In this document: positions 22,625-34,999 of the stretch, in pieces | Layout: every line of letters begins with the position of its first letter | Numbering within the stretch: the stretch's first letter is position 1 | Source: Eledone cirrhosa | Lineage: Eukaryota | Direction: 5' to 3' | DNA: 64,000 nt | Assembly (NCBI GenBank): GCA_964016885.1 | Contig: OZ024757.1 | Span: 8,494,001 to 8,558,000 of the forward strand | The notes under the pieces: generated by a model | The model's input: only the letters and a program-made list of their open reading frames with translations | Told to the model about the DNA's origin: nothing | Databases searched by the model: none | Made by a program: the position numbers and the translations under genes

Positions 22625-23499
22625 TGTTCCTCTATATTATACGACTCTAATTGCTCTTCCTTACTGTCGAAAGCGTCAAGTAATATGCTTTGGAATTTAT
22701 TTCTGGCTATGGGGTCCTTTAGCTTCCATATTTTTCTCCTGAGGATAGTCCTCTTCCGCTGTCTAGTACGTCTCGTCCTGACTATGAGGTCGCTAATTAT
22801 CAGTCTATGTTGGGAGGTGAATTCTTCATGGGGGTGGGATTTAGTGTTAACAACAGACACTCTGTCACGTCTTCTGGTAAGGATATAATCTACCTGGCTT
22901 GTGTGTTCCCCCGATCTATAGGTGATCAAGTGATTGTCTCGTTTTTTGAAGTTAGTGTTACAGATAGTTAAGTTATTTGCGTCGCAGAATTCCAGGATTC
23001 TGGAGCCTTCCTCATTTCTAGTACCGAACCCATAGCCTCCATGGATTCCGTCATAGCCGTCACAATGTTGTCCAACGTGACCATTTAGGTCGCCTGCAAT
23101 AACTATATAGTCACTGTCGGTTATTTGGGAGGTAGCGAGCATCAGTGTCTCGTAGAATCTGTCTTTTATAGCGCCGGGCAGTCCGGATTGGGGTGCGTAC
23201 GCAGATATTACTGTCACCGTAGTTTTATTGAGGACAAGTCTTATTTTAATTATTCTGTCGTTCACTCTATTTACGTCTATTATCTTATCTGCCCACTTTT
23301 CTGCTACCATGATTCCTACCCCACCCAACCCATTGTCATTTCCCACCCAGAAAAGCTTATAGCATCGTTCTTTACCCACGATGAATCTAGCCGACCCTCC
23401 CCTCCACCTGGTCTCTTGAATACAACAAACATCGACCTCCTTACGTTCAAGCATTTCTACAACCTCGTTAGAGCGACCCTTTAAGGTGCCTACATTCAT
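22567..23499 (-). CDS. RTE apurinic-like endonuclease (APE) portion
   Basis: NVGTL, IQETRW, SAYAPQ, GDLNGHVG, VDYIL and SQHRL motifs. Confidence 0.9.
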   Translation of the reverse strand: MNVGTLKGRSNEVVEMLERKEVDVCCIQETRWRGGSARFIVGKERCYKLFWVGNDNGLGGVGIMVAEKWADKIIDVNRVNDRIIKIRLVLNKTTVTVISAYAPQSGLPGAIKDRFYETLMLATSQITDSDYIVIAGDLNGHVGQHCDGYDGIHGGYGFGTRNEEGSRILEFCDANNLTICNTNFKKRDNHLITYRSGEHTSQVDYILTRRRDRVSVVNTKSHPHEEFTSQHRLIISDLIVRTRRTRQRKRTILRRKIWKLKDPIARNKFQSILLDAFDSKEEQLESYNIEEQWEFLRANLLTKSVAGAGL

Positions 23500-25409
23500 G
23501 GTACCAACTCTGAAGTTTTGGATTGCGTTTGGAGGGTGGGAGCGGTGGGGGATGGCGTTATGTTAGCCATCCTGGGCCGAAACAAGGAGGAGTGCTTGCA
23601 TTCTCGTCCACGAGGTGAATTTGTCTTTATCTTTGGCATTGTCGCTGAGCGTCCACATTTTTCTCTCTTCAACTCTCCAGAATTCCGTAGTCCATCCATC
23701 ATATCGAAAAGCAACCAGTTAAGCGATAGTATGGGCCTCAGACTTATGATTGGTCCACGTAATAATGGTGGTGCATGGGGGCGGGAGGGAGGGATGATGG
23801 GTTGTTAGCGAGAATGTAAGGTTTAAGATAAGATCGCCGTATTTTGGGCATAATTTAACAATAAACGAAAATACAAGATTTGTTTTGTTTAAGAAAATAC
23901 AATAGAGAAAATGCGGTGATAGGGAAAATATGATTTTTAGAGAAAAGATATGATATAGAATGGTGAAAATATGATATAGTGTGAAATTAGGACATAGAAG
24001 TGATTGAATGAATGGGTTCGAATGGAGAGAAGAATCGAGAAAAATTTGAACGTTACTTTATACCGAAGGAACCGAAGGGAACAGCCATCCCAGAAATAGC
24101 GAGTTGGCGATTTTGATTAATTTTGGTAGGGTTTTATCTTATATGTATAGAGAGGGAGGGGGGGGGCAGGAACCAGCATGATGTATGGGTAGGGGGTAGA
24201 AGATGGGATGGAGCAGAGGTTAAGAGTTTAAATAGGTACTCGAAGTTTTGCGTAAAACTTAGCAAGTTTAACAAAATATATTTAAAGGAATATATAATAG
24301 TGATTTGTTTTGATATGAAAATACGACAGAATATGAAAATATGACAGAATGTAAGGTTTAAGATAAGATCGCCGTATTTTGGGCATAATTTAACAATAAA
24401 CGAAAATACAAGATTTGTTTTGTTTAAGAAAATACGATAGAGAAAATGCGGTGATAGGGGAAATATGATTTTTAGAGAAAATACGATATAGTGTGAAATT
24501 AGGACATAGAAGTGATTGAATGAATGGGTTCGAATGGAGAGAAGAATCGAGAAAAATTTGAACGTTACTTTATACCGAAGGAACCGAAGGGAACAGCCAT
24601 CTCAGAAATAGCGAGTTGGCGATTTTGATTATTTATATATATATATTGTGTATATTTTGTGTATCATCATTACATGTACTATCCATGCCTGCATGGGTTG
24701 GACGGGTCCTTCTTAGCATGACATCTCTCCACTAAATGCGCTCCTTCGTCATCTCCTCTTCCAGTCTTCACGATTTGAGTTAAGCTCACACAACATTCCC
24801 CTTTCTCTTCAAATTGCTGGCCTTGAGTTAAAAGTAGAACATTTATTTAAAGTCTATAAAACAATAGATAGAATGTTTTCTGCCATATTTGTTCTCGTTC
24901 TCTGCTCTCTGAGTTTAAATCCTGCTGAGGTCAACTTTCTTTCATCCTTTCAAGGTTGATAAAAAACAATACCAGTCTATCACTGGGGTCTGTTCTTCCT
25001 CTCTATATTTCTATCTCACTTCCTCCCTCTTATTCTCTCTCCTCTGGAAGAAATCAACTGTTCAAACCTGGAGAGTGAAGGGCTCCACCAAGCTTCAAAT
25101 GTCCAGTGACACCCCTATGACTACATCATTTAAAAAAAAAAAAAAACGTTCATGTGTTTATTTTGTAAACCTTAACTGGTTTATATTTATATTTATGACA
25201 AAATATCCACATGTGTAAATAAAAACAATGGCATAACTTTAATATGTGTTGGATGGTACTTTCATGACAGTTGACATTTTGACTTTTTAAAAAAATAATT
25301 CACATTTGAAAATACTTTACAACTTTCTCTTTTTCTTCACCCATTTATTTCTGAGAGGGTTGTAGGGGGTAGAGTCCTCACATCCCTTGTAGGTCCTAGG
25401 TGCGTAAAA

Positions 25410-25765
25410 TTTCCTCTTTACACTACACATCACCTTGCACACACACACACCACAAGACACTACACCACATACCATACCACACCACAACACATACCATACC
25501 ACATTGCATACCACACCACATCATATACCACACCACAACACACTACACCACACCACATACCACACACCCCATCACCACATACCACAACACACCACACATC
25601 ATGCCACACCACAACACACCACACAACAACACACCACATACCATACCACACCACGCCACACACCACAACATACCACACCACCACATACCACAACACACAC
25701 CACAACACACCACACCACATCAAAACACCACAACACACCACACCACACCACAACAGACACATACA
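25410..25765. repeat. (CACAC/CACCA)n low-complexity tract; shorter paralogues at ~10210-10360 and ~27800-27930
   Basis: CA-rich degenerate repeat that generates spurious His/Thr and Cys/Val ORFs. Confidence 0.85.
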
Positions 25766-27044
25766 AACCAGGTAGTTATACCAACCCAGTATCTTGATTT
25801 TAGTGATATTTTTGTAATAAATCTCAACATCTCAGACCTTACTTAGCAAGTGGAGTGGAACTCATCAGATTGGACCAAGGAAACAATGTTTCCATTGGTC
25901 TTTCCAATTGATGATATTGAATCGGATTAGAAAGAAAGAAAAAAAAAATAGAGAATATATTTATTTGCCGTTGTGTTGCCAAACGATGCCAAAAGCCATT
26001 GACCTACATCTTTGGTCAAGAAGGCCATTGGAGCGTCACTCAGAGAAGCTGATACAGCAGCCAGCTTGACAGCCGATATAGGTAGCACCAACAATTATCA
26101 CTACCATTAACAAGAGGAAGGCAGCGACAGAAACAGTGACAATAACAACGACCCCGCATCTTTGGTTAAAGAAGGCGTTCGAGTCCCAGCAACCAGCCTG
26201 GCAGCCCGAATAGGTAGCAGTTTCAACTACCACCAACATCAACAAGAGGAAGGCAGTGACGGCAGCGGTGACATTAACAACAACAACAACATATGTGTAT
26301 ACACCAACAACTTACCAGCAAACACTACCACCACCACCAACAAGACAAAGGCAGCGGTGACATTAACAACAACAACATATGTGTATATACCAGCAAACAC
26401 TACCATTAACAAGAGGAAGCCAACTCCAGCATCAGTGACAATAACAACAACACATATGTTTTCAGGATTGAAAGACTCACCTTTAGCCACAAGATTCTAT
26501 GAGAAACTGCTAACATGCTCGCATGTGTGCGTGCTGAACTCTGGGTCTTCCTGCTGGGAACAACCCCCTGTTTTCTTTTTTGTATATTCATCCATTCATT
26601 CATTTATTTATTTGCTAACATTCTACCTTGTTGTGCCCCCCCCCCTCCATGCATTCCCTTCTTTTCTCTCTTGTCTTCTGACGCCTCCATATCTGATGTA
26701 GGTGAGCTTTGAGGCCCTCTTATCAGCACTTTCCCTTCCACCCACACAGTTGTGCCTAGCACCTAGGTTGGTGACAACCAGCCACTCAGCCCTGATGCCG
26801 CTTAGTGCCCCCCCCCCCCCAAAAAAAAATTCCTCCATCACCTGCAGCACCACGAATAGACGGAAGAGGGGCCGGAACTGTTTGGGGTGCGGCTGCTTCC
26901 ACCACCTCACCTGTGATGGCTTAACGCGTGAAGCCTCCAGTGCCCTCGCAGCGTGGAGAATCTGAAACTGTCCCTTCGCCTTGTCTGCCCATTATCTCGC
27001 CTGCCCAAGGTTTCTTATAGAGACACCTCATTTCATTGTTGAGG

Positions 27045-27420
27045 GTGGGGGATTTGCAGAATCAGTAGAGTGTCAGACGATATGCTTTGTGTCATATAGT
27101 TACAGCCCTTTACATTCTGTATTAAAATCCTGCTGAGGTTAGCTTTACTTTTCTTCCTCAGAGGTTCAGTAAATAAAAGTACCAGTAATCCACTGGGGTT
27201 GATTTAATCAACTTTCTCCTTCCCTTACAATTGTGGCCTTGAGTTAAAAGTAGAAACAGTTATTTAAAGTCTTTAAACAATAGATTGAATGCTTTCCCGC
27301 CATATTTGTTCTGGTTCTCTTCTCTCTGAGTTTAAATCCTGCTGAGGTCAACTTTGCCTTTCATCCATTCAAGGCTGATAAGAAACAATACCAGTCTACC
27401 ACTGGGGTCTGTTTTTCCTC
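27045..27420 (+). mobile_element. Two adjacent decayed tRNA-derived SINEs (paralogous to 35960-36290 and partly 24800-24990)
   Basis: gcagaatcagtagagtgtcagac...aaatcctgctgaggt...taccagt...cactgggg. Confidence 0.7.
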
Positions 27421-28139
27421 TCTCATTCTCTAGAAGAAATCAACTGTTCAAACCTGGTGAGTGAAGGGCTCCACCAAGCTTCAAATGTCCACAGTGACAC
27501 CCCTATGACTACATCATTAAAAAAAAAAAGATTTATGTGTTTATTTTGTAAACCTTAACTGGTTTATATCTGACAAAATATCCACATTTATGTGTAAATA
27601 AAAACAATTCTATAACTTTAATATTTGTTGATGGTACTTTCATGGCAGTTCAAATTATGACTTTTGAAAAAAATAATTCACATTTGAAAATACTTTACAA
27701 CTTTCTTCTCTTTTTCTTCACCCATTTATTCCTGAGAGGGTTGTAGGGGTAGAGTCCTCACAACCCTTCTAGGTCCTATGTTTGTAAAATTTCCTCTATA
27801 CACTACACTCACACAACAACACATCACTCTGCACACACACCACACAACAGACACACATCATGCCAGTCCAACACACCACATCCAACACATACCATACCAC
27901 AACACACCACAACATACCACACCACATACAAACCAGGTAGCTATACCAACTCAGTTTCTTGGTTTTAGTAATTTTTTGTAACAAATCTCAACATCCCAGA
28001 TCTTAGCAACTGGAGTGGAACTCATCAGATTGGACATTAAATGATGAGCTGTGACATCATTGGTGCCAACCTGTTTCAGCCATTCCTTTGAACAACAATG
28101 TATAGATATATAGAAATCATATATATATATGTGTGTGTA

Positions 28140-31100
28140 TTCTATAGACTCGGTGCAGGGGTGGGTCTGCTAGATTCATTGTGGGTAAAAAAAGATGCTA
28201 TAAACCTCTCTGGGTGGGAAATGACAAAGGGCTGGGTGGAGTAGGAATTATGTTAGCAGAGAAATGGGTAGATAAGGTAATTGCTGTAAATAGAGTTAAC
28301 GACAGAATAATTAAAATAAGACTAATTCTAAATATAACAACTGTGACAATAATATCCACTTATGCACCCAAATCTGGTCTACCTGACGTAATAAAAGACA
28401 GGTTCTATGATTTGCTAATGTTCACTTCCTCCCAAATAAACCTCAGTGACTACATAATTATTGCTGGTGACCTAAATGGTCACATAGGACAACATAGTGA
28501 TAGCTATGATGGAATCCATGGAGGCTATGGGTTTGGTACTAGAAATGAGGAAGGCTTCAGGATCCTGGAATTTTGTGATGCTAATAACCTAACTATCTGT
28601 AACACAAACTTCAAAAAATGAGACAATCACTTCATCACCTGTAGATCAGGGGAACACGCCAGCCAGATATACGATATCCTTACTAGAAGACATGACAGAG
28701 TGTCTGTTGTAAACACTAAGTCCCTCCTCTGTGAAGAATTCACCTCACAACATAGCTTAGTAGTTAGTGACCTCACAGTCAGGACTAGACGTACTCGACA
28801 ACAGAGGAGGACTACCTTGAGGAGAAGATGGAAGTTGAAGGACCTCACAGCCAGTAACAAATTTAAAAGCATATTAGTTCATGCTTTTGACAGTAAAGAG
28901 GTGCAATTAGAGACATACAATATAGAGGAACAGTGGGTATTCTTGAAAGTTAACCTACTGAAGGCGACAGATGAAATCTGTTGCTGGAGCAGACCTATAG
29001 GCAGGAGGAGAGTAACTTGGAGGTGGAGGAGACAATCAGGCTCGGAAAGTATTGTGGGATGGGGAAAGTAGAGAACACTATTAGGTGGCCAGGAGACAAT
29101 TGTACTTTGCAAGAAGGGAAGCAGAGAATAGAAAGTTGAAGCATGTTCTACAACGTGAGGTGTTCAGCATCGCAAAACAAAGTGTCAAGGAAAACCGTGA
29201 TATTGTCAGGGAGAAGTGTGTCTGTAATGATGATGGTGTACTTGCCCTCCCTGATACTGATAAGAAGGTAACTTGGAAGTGTCACTACGAGAGACTACTA
29301 AGTGAGGAGAATAAATTGGTAAAAGATAGTCTGGCCCAAATCGATCCAATAGAGGGACCAGCGGTGCAATTTAATGGTAGTATAGTAAGTAAGACAATCA
29401 AAGATATGAAGACGGGTAAGGCAGCTGGGCCTTTGGAGATAGTTGTTGAGATGTTGAAAGCATCTGGAAAGGTGGGACATACTATGGACACCCAGATAGT
29501 AAACCAAGTAATACAGAATGGGGTCATACCAGATGACTGGCATAGAAGTATCATCGTTAACTGCTACAAGGGTAAAGGAGATGCCCTAGATAATGGAAAC
29601 TATAGAGGCATTAAGGTAGTTGACCAGGTCATGAAGGTCACAGAAAAAGTTATAGCACAGCTAATCAGAGACCAAATTGATCTAGATGAAATGCAGTTTG
29701 GGTTCGTGCCAGGTAAATGTACCACAGATGCTTTTTTTCCTTGTACAGCAACTATAGGAGAAGTAGCAAGCTAAAAGTAAACCCCTTATACTTAGCTTTT
29801 GTTGACTTGTAGAAAGCCTTTGACAGTCACACCCGCTCCATTATCTGGTGGGCCCTTAGAAATGTAGGAGTAGATGAATGGCTTGTGAGAGCTCTACAAG
29901 CCATGTATAAAGAAACAGTCAGCAAGGTTAGAATTAACAATGAATATAGTGAAGAATTTAGTGTAAAAGTAGGTGTTCAGCAAGGCCCCATCCTTAGATT
30001 CCTCCTGTTTATTATTGCCCTTCAGGCTATAATAGAGGGCTTTAAGATCAGCTTCCCATGGGAACTTTTATATGCAGATGCTCTAACTCTCCTAGCCGAA
30101 TCTATGGCTGAACTACAGAAGAAATTCTAGAAATGGAGGCATGGCCTTGAATCAAAAGGCCTTAAAGTTAACTTGTCTAAGACTAAAGGTCTAGTATGTA
30201 GAAAAGAAAATAGGGCACTGGTGCTATGCTCAGTGTGTAGGAAAGGAGTAGGTAGAAATTCCATTCTATGTCCCAAATGCAAATTATGGATACATAAAAG
30301 ATGTAGTGAGATCACAGGTAAGCTATCTAAGAATGTAGATTTTATATGTGGCCGATGCTCAGGTGAAATAAGCAGCAAGTACCCACAGGATACTAGCACC
30401 TTCTACTGCCCAGATGGTTCTATAGAAATAGTGGACACTTTCCGTTGCCTGGGTGACAAAATCAGCAGTGGGGGAGGGTGCTCTGAAAGTGTAGTAGCCA
30501 GAGTTAGAACGGGATGGAAAAAGCTCAGAGAGCTAATACCGCTGCTAGACACAAAAAGTTTCTCTAAAAATGAAAGGCAGATTGTATGATGCGTGCATAC
30601 GAACAGCAATGTTACATGGCAGTGAGACATGGGCATTGTGTGCAGAGGACCTGCGCAGATTGGAAAGGAACAAAGCATGCATGCTCTGTTGGACGTGTAA
30701 TGGTAATATACAGGAATGGCAAAACATAAACAAACTAAGTGAGAATTAGGGATAAGAGGGATCAGATACTGTTTACTTGAGAGAAGATTACGTTGGTATG
30801 GTCATGTGATGCGCATGAAAGATGACATCTATATAAAAAAGTGCAGGGTGATCAAAATTGATGGAAGTACTGGAGACATAAAATCCAACCTTGCACACTT
30901 ACACCTCTCTTAGACAATGTCACTGGATCGAGATCTATGGTGCCACACAGTAACAGAGAAGACCTGCCTTCCCTATGTGCAAAGTTAACCTACAGTCAGT
31001 AGACCCCTCCTAACAAAATATACACCCAACCCACACACCCTACTGCATGCTCCCACTCCCACCAACACCACCCTGTCTCTGTAAAGTTATGTTGGTACCA

Positions 31101-31333
31101 CAACATCCAGTCCAAACTAAAGAGGTTGTGTAGGTGTCATCACGAAAAGACTCCCAGTCCACGCTGGAAATGTGATTGGTGTTAGGAAGGGCATCCAGCC
31201 TTAGAAAACCTGCCATATACAGTCCTATACGAGCGAGACACGATCACCCGATCAATCTTGCCTCAAGTGGGAAAATTCCCATCTAACCCATGCTAGCGTG
31301 GAAGATAGACGTTAAATGATAATGATGATGATG
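28140..31333 (+). mobile_element. Degenerate RTE LINE, duplication copy 2
   Basis: Shares lesions with 11999-14889 (e.g. the same deletion after VTWRWR), so it inserted before the duplication. Confidence 0.93.
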
Positions 31334-32113
31334 ATATATAGTGTATATAATAGTTGTAATGTCACTGGTGCCGATCTATATCAGCCTTTCCCTTGGACAA
31401 CATGACATAAAGTCTATATATATTGGACAATATTATATATAGTGTATATGTGGTGTATATAGTAGTTGTGACAATATTCTATATACATATGTACACACAC
31501 ACTGACAAACATGTATATACATATAGAAGGGTCAGATGAGGAGTTCATAGACTGACCAGGTTACTCTCATGGAATGAGACAATGTATACACACAAATATA
31601 TACTATATATATGTATACAAACACATATATATTGTATAGTGAAGTCATACAACATATGGTAATATCATGTTTTCAATTGTCAGTTAGGGAGGTACATTGT
31701 GTCCTTAAGCAAGACACATCATTCCACATGTCTCTAATCTCCACAGCTGAAAAAGACAAGTATCAGCTTTAGTTGGAGGTTTAGCATGGGTTGGATCATT
31801 CCCTGCCTCCAATATTTTCACTGCAGCCACAAACCCAGGCTTTACTACCTGTAATAGAGAGAAGAGGGAGATAGTTAAATACTGGGGCCTGACAAACCAC
31901 TTCCTCTCTGTCCCCACACTGCTGATTTCCTCCTCAAAATTAGAAAGACAGCACCCCCCTTGAGGAAGTAGTCCCATGAGGTGGGGTGTATGTTGTAGTG
32001 GGTGTCTCTGGCTATTCTCTGTGGTAACACCTTTGCCATTTTGTCTGTAGGGTGGGGCTGAATCACAGCTCAGACTGAAATATAAAGTCTGTCCCTCTCC
32101 CGTTAATTTCGTT

Positions 32114-32300
32114 GGATTGGCAGTGTCGGTAGAGCGTCGGGCGCCAAGCTTTGTAGCATAGAGTTACCTCCCTTTATGATCTGAGTTCAAATCCCGCCGA
32201 GGTTAACTTTGCCTTTCATCCTTACGAGGTCGATAAAATAAAGTACCAGTAATACACTGGAATAATTGCTGGCCTTGTGCCAAAAGTAGAAAAAATTATT
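32114..32300 (+). mobile_element. tRNA-derived SINE (paralogue of 15668-15855)
   Basis: Near-identical sequence. Confidence 0.8.
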
Positions 32301-32819
32301 TTCGTTGTTTGATTCGTTTTTTTTTTTCATTACTTAAATATTTTATTACCTTTAATAATGTGTTTTGGTTTAATATGAACAGTTATATAACATTAATAAC
32401 GTTATTTATTCAAATCTGAATAAAGTACTAACATATCTATTGAACGTATGAATCTAAACTATAATAAAAGGAGGAGCATGGGACTGCGTACGGTTTATAA
32501 TTGTTTATCCCATTAGTAAAATAAGTTGGATTACTTTGAATAAATAATGAATGAATATTACATAATTTATCTACTAAATTTCGGGGCTGTTGATTAAATA
32601 TATTTTGTTTGTTTAAAAATTCACTTCTTTAAAATTTCTGAAATGTCAACACTTCCGGTTGGCCATTAGTTCAATAAACTATTAATTTTCTGTCACTAAT
32701 TTTCTCCTAATGCAGTTTATATATAATATCGTCTTTTTTCATATCATGGATTGTGTTACTGATTACATAAGACAGTGTAACACAGTCTTTGTTCAATTTC
32801 TGTGTATTATATATTGTCA

Positions 32820-33010
32820 AGGCGGTGGATTGGCAGTATTGGTAGAGGGTCGGACGCCATGCTTTGACGCATAGAGTTACGCCCCTTGCCATTCTGAGTT
32901 CAAATCCCGCCGATGTTAACTTTGCCTTTCATCCTTACGGCGTCGATAAAATAAAGTACCAGTAATACACTGGTTGTTTGCTGGACTTGTGCCTAACGTA
33001 GAAACAATTA
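32820..33010 (+). mobile_element. tRNA-derived SINE (paralogue of 16431-16625)
   Basis: Near-identical sequence. Confidence 0.8.
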
Positions 33011-33399
33011 TATATTGTCAATTACGATTTTATTTGATGTATCATATCTACCTGTATATTTATATACTTGCGTATAATATCAATATACACACTACACATG
33101 CTCCCTTCGGGTGGTTTTCTGCAAGTTCATATAACGGAAGTTGTTTCTGAATGTATTAGATTATGTGGGGAACTTTCAAGTGATGACACTGGTGTCAACT
33201 AGACGGTGAAATATTACCATTTATATCAGCTCCATTGTTACAACTTAAACCTCATCTAATTTTATCTTTTATGGTGATTATTTCATATTAAGGTGGACGT
33301 TAATGTTTGTAAATAACATAAGCTGACTTATTTACCTTATAGTTGTTGTTTTATCACCTGTATTATTAAATATTGAAGTGGTTGTTCAACATTTTACAG

Positions 33400-33488
33400 G
33401 ACAGGAAAATATTATTTTAATCAGAAATCAGTGAACATTTAGTTTTTACCGACTTTTCTTGACTTTATATTGGGTCTTGAGAACTAAA
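33400..33488 (+). other. Putative 89-nt non-coding exon of ZNF gene 2
   Basis: cattttacag|GACAGG...GAACTAAA|gtacgt. Confidence 0.6.
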
Positions 33489-34087
33489 GTACGTATTATT
33501 TCGTTTTCCACCACAACACAAACATTGTGAACTTTTCTATCTGAAGTGAAATATCTTGTTTATTACAACACCTACACGCATATTTCTACACACACGTCTA
33601 TTTATTTATTTCTCTCATACCTACACACTGTATGTCTGTATATATGTATATATATTAACCTTCATCTTTTGAAATTATGAATATTAATCCTCTTGTCACC
33701 TGAACTGTCCTCAATAACAAGAACCTTAACTATAGAAGTCTTATTCGTCTGTTTTATGAGCTGAGGATTTTATTGTGAATAGAGCTTCTCTCACCTTAAC
33801 AATAATAATAGTGGTATATTCCACAATAATCACACTCACACACACATATATATATATATATACATAAAAGCACTTGCCTTTTCTTCATCCAAGATCAGTC
33901 TTACACTGACATATGTCTTATTACTTTACCAATTAAATGCTACATTACAACTTTGTAGAAGAAGAAAGTGGACTTCTGCAATCTTTTATGGACCCTTTGT
34001 ATATTAGACTACATGGCATACCTACATTTCTTAATATATAAGAAAAAGTGGTGAGACTCCTTTATGTAAAGATCACTAGCTAGAAAT

Positions 34088-34999
34088 ATGTCTGAATATA
34101 GCTGTGAGATTTGTAGGAAAACTTTCCCTTCAAAACTGAAACTATCCTCACACGAGAAAATACACACAGGAGAAAAACCCTTCCATTGTGAAATATGTGG
34201 GAAGTCTTTTGTCTTGAACAGAAATTTAAAAAGGCATATAAGAACACACACTGGAGAAAAACCTTTTGCATGTGAAATATGTGGGAAATCCTTTTCTTGT
34301 AATTCTAATCTTGTAGTTCACAAAAGAATACACACAGGAGAAAAAGCTTATTCATGTGAAATATGTGGGAAATCTTTTTCTCAGAAGGTCCATCTTGGAG
34401 ATCACAAAAGAATACACACAGGAGAGAAACCCTTCTATTGTGAAATATGTGGGAAATCTTTTTCTCGTGGTCCTCATCTTGTAGATCACAAAAGAATACA
34501 CACAGGAGAGAAACCTTATTCATGTGAAATATGTGGGAAATCTTTTTCTTGTAATTCTAATCTTGTAGTTCACATAAGAACACACACAGGAGAAAAACCT
34601 TATTCATGTAAAATATGTGGGAAATCCTTTTCTTGTAATTCTCATCTTGTAGATCACAAAAGAATACACACAGGAGAAAAAGCTTATTCATGTGAAATAT
34701 GTGGGAAATATTTCACTCAGATGGTGCAACTTGAATATCACAAAAGAATACACACTGGAGAAAAGCCCTTCCATTGTGAAATATGTGGGAAATATTTTTC
34801 TCTAGGTTCTAATCTACAGCAACACAAAAGAATACACACAGGAGAAAAACCTTATTTGTGTGAAATATGTGGGAAATCTTTCACTCAGAAGGTCCATCTT
34901 GTAAAACACAAAAGAATACACACAGGAGAAAATGCTTATTCATGTGAAATATGTGGGAAATCTTTCTCAGAATTCTTCACTGGTTGTTCACCTACGTAG
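34088..34999 (+). CDS. Tandem C2H2 zinc-finger protein, 10 intact fingers plus a frameshifted 11th (303 aa)
   Basis: The N-terminus is nearly identical to the 17804 ORF. A 2-bp loss (tctttctcag vs tctttctctcag) disrupts the last finger. Confidence 0.88.
   Translation: MSEYSCEICRKTFPSKLKLSSHEKIHTGEKPFHCEICGKSFVLNRNLKRHIRTHTGEKPFACEICGKSFSCNSNLVVHKRIHTGEKAYSCEICGKSFSQKVHLGDHKRIHTGEKPFYCEICGKSFSRGPHLVDHKRIHTGEKPYSCEICGKSFSCNSNLVVHIRTHTGEKPYSCKICGKSFSCNSHLVDHKRIHTGEKAYSCEICGKYFTQMVQLEYHKRIHTGEKPFHCEICGKYFSLGSNLQQHKRIHTGEKPYLCEICGKSFTQKVHLVKHKRIHTGENAYSCEICGKSFSEFFTGCSPT

Larger units (their letters stand above)
19993..24630 (-). mobile_element. Near full-length young RTE LINE with one frameshift
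   Basis: Duplicated 5' UTR monomer, APE ORF 22567-23499, RT ORF 20489-22624, 3' UTR and (TGA)n tail. Possible ATTATTT target duplication (19986-19992 / 24628-24634). Confidence 0.95.

Noticed and set aside
20769-22742. Plus-strand ORFs overlapping the RTE (and similar antisense ORFs over other LINEs and ZNFs)
   Set aside because: Antisense shadows of real coding frames.
23800-24630. HDV-like ribozyme at the RTE 5' end, as known for some RTEs
   Set aside because: I could not find the nested double-pseudoknot pairing by eye; this needs a descriptor search.
25400-25846. His/Thr-rich and Cys/Val-rich ORFs
   Set aside because: Products of a CA-rich low-complexity repeat.
26162-26701. 179-aa N/T/Q-rich ORF
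   Set aside because: (CAA)n-derived low complexity with no recognisable domain.
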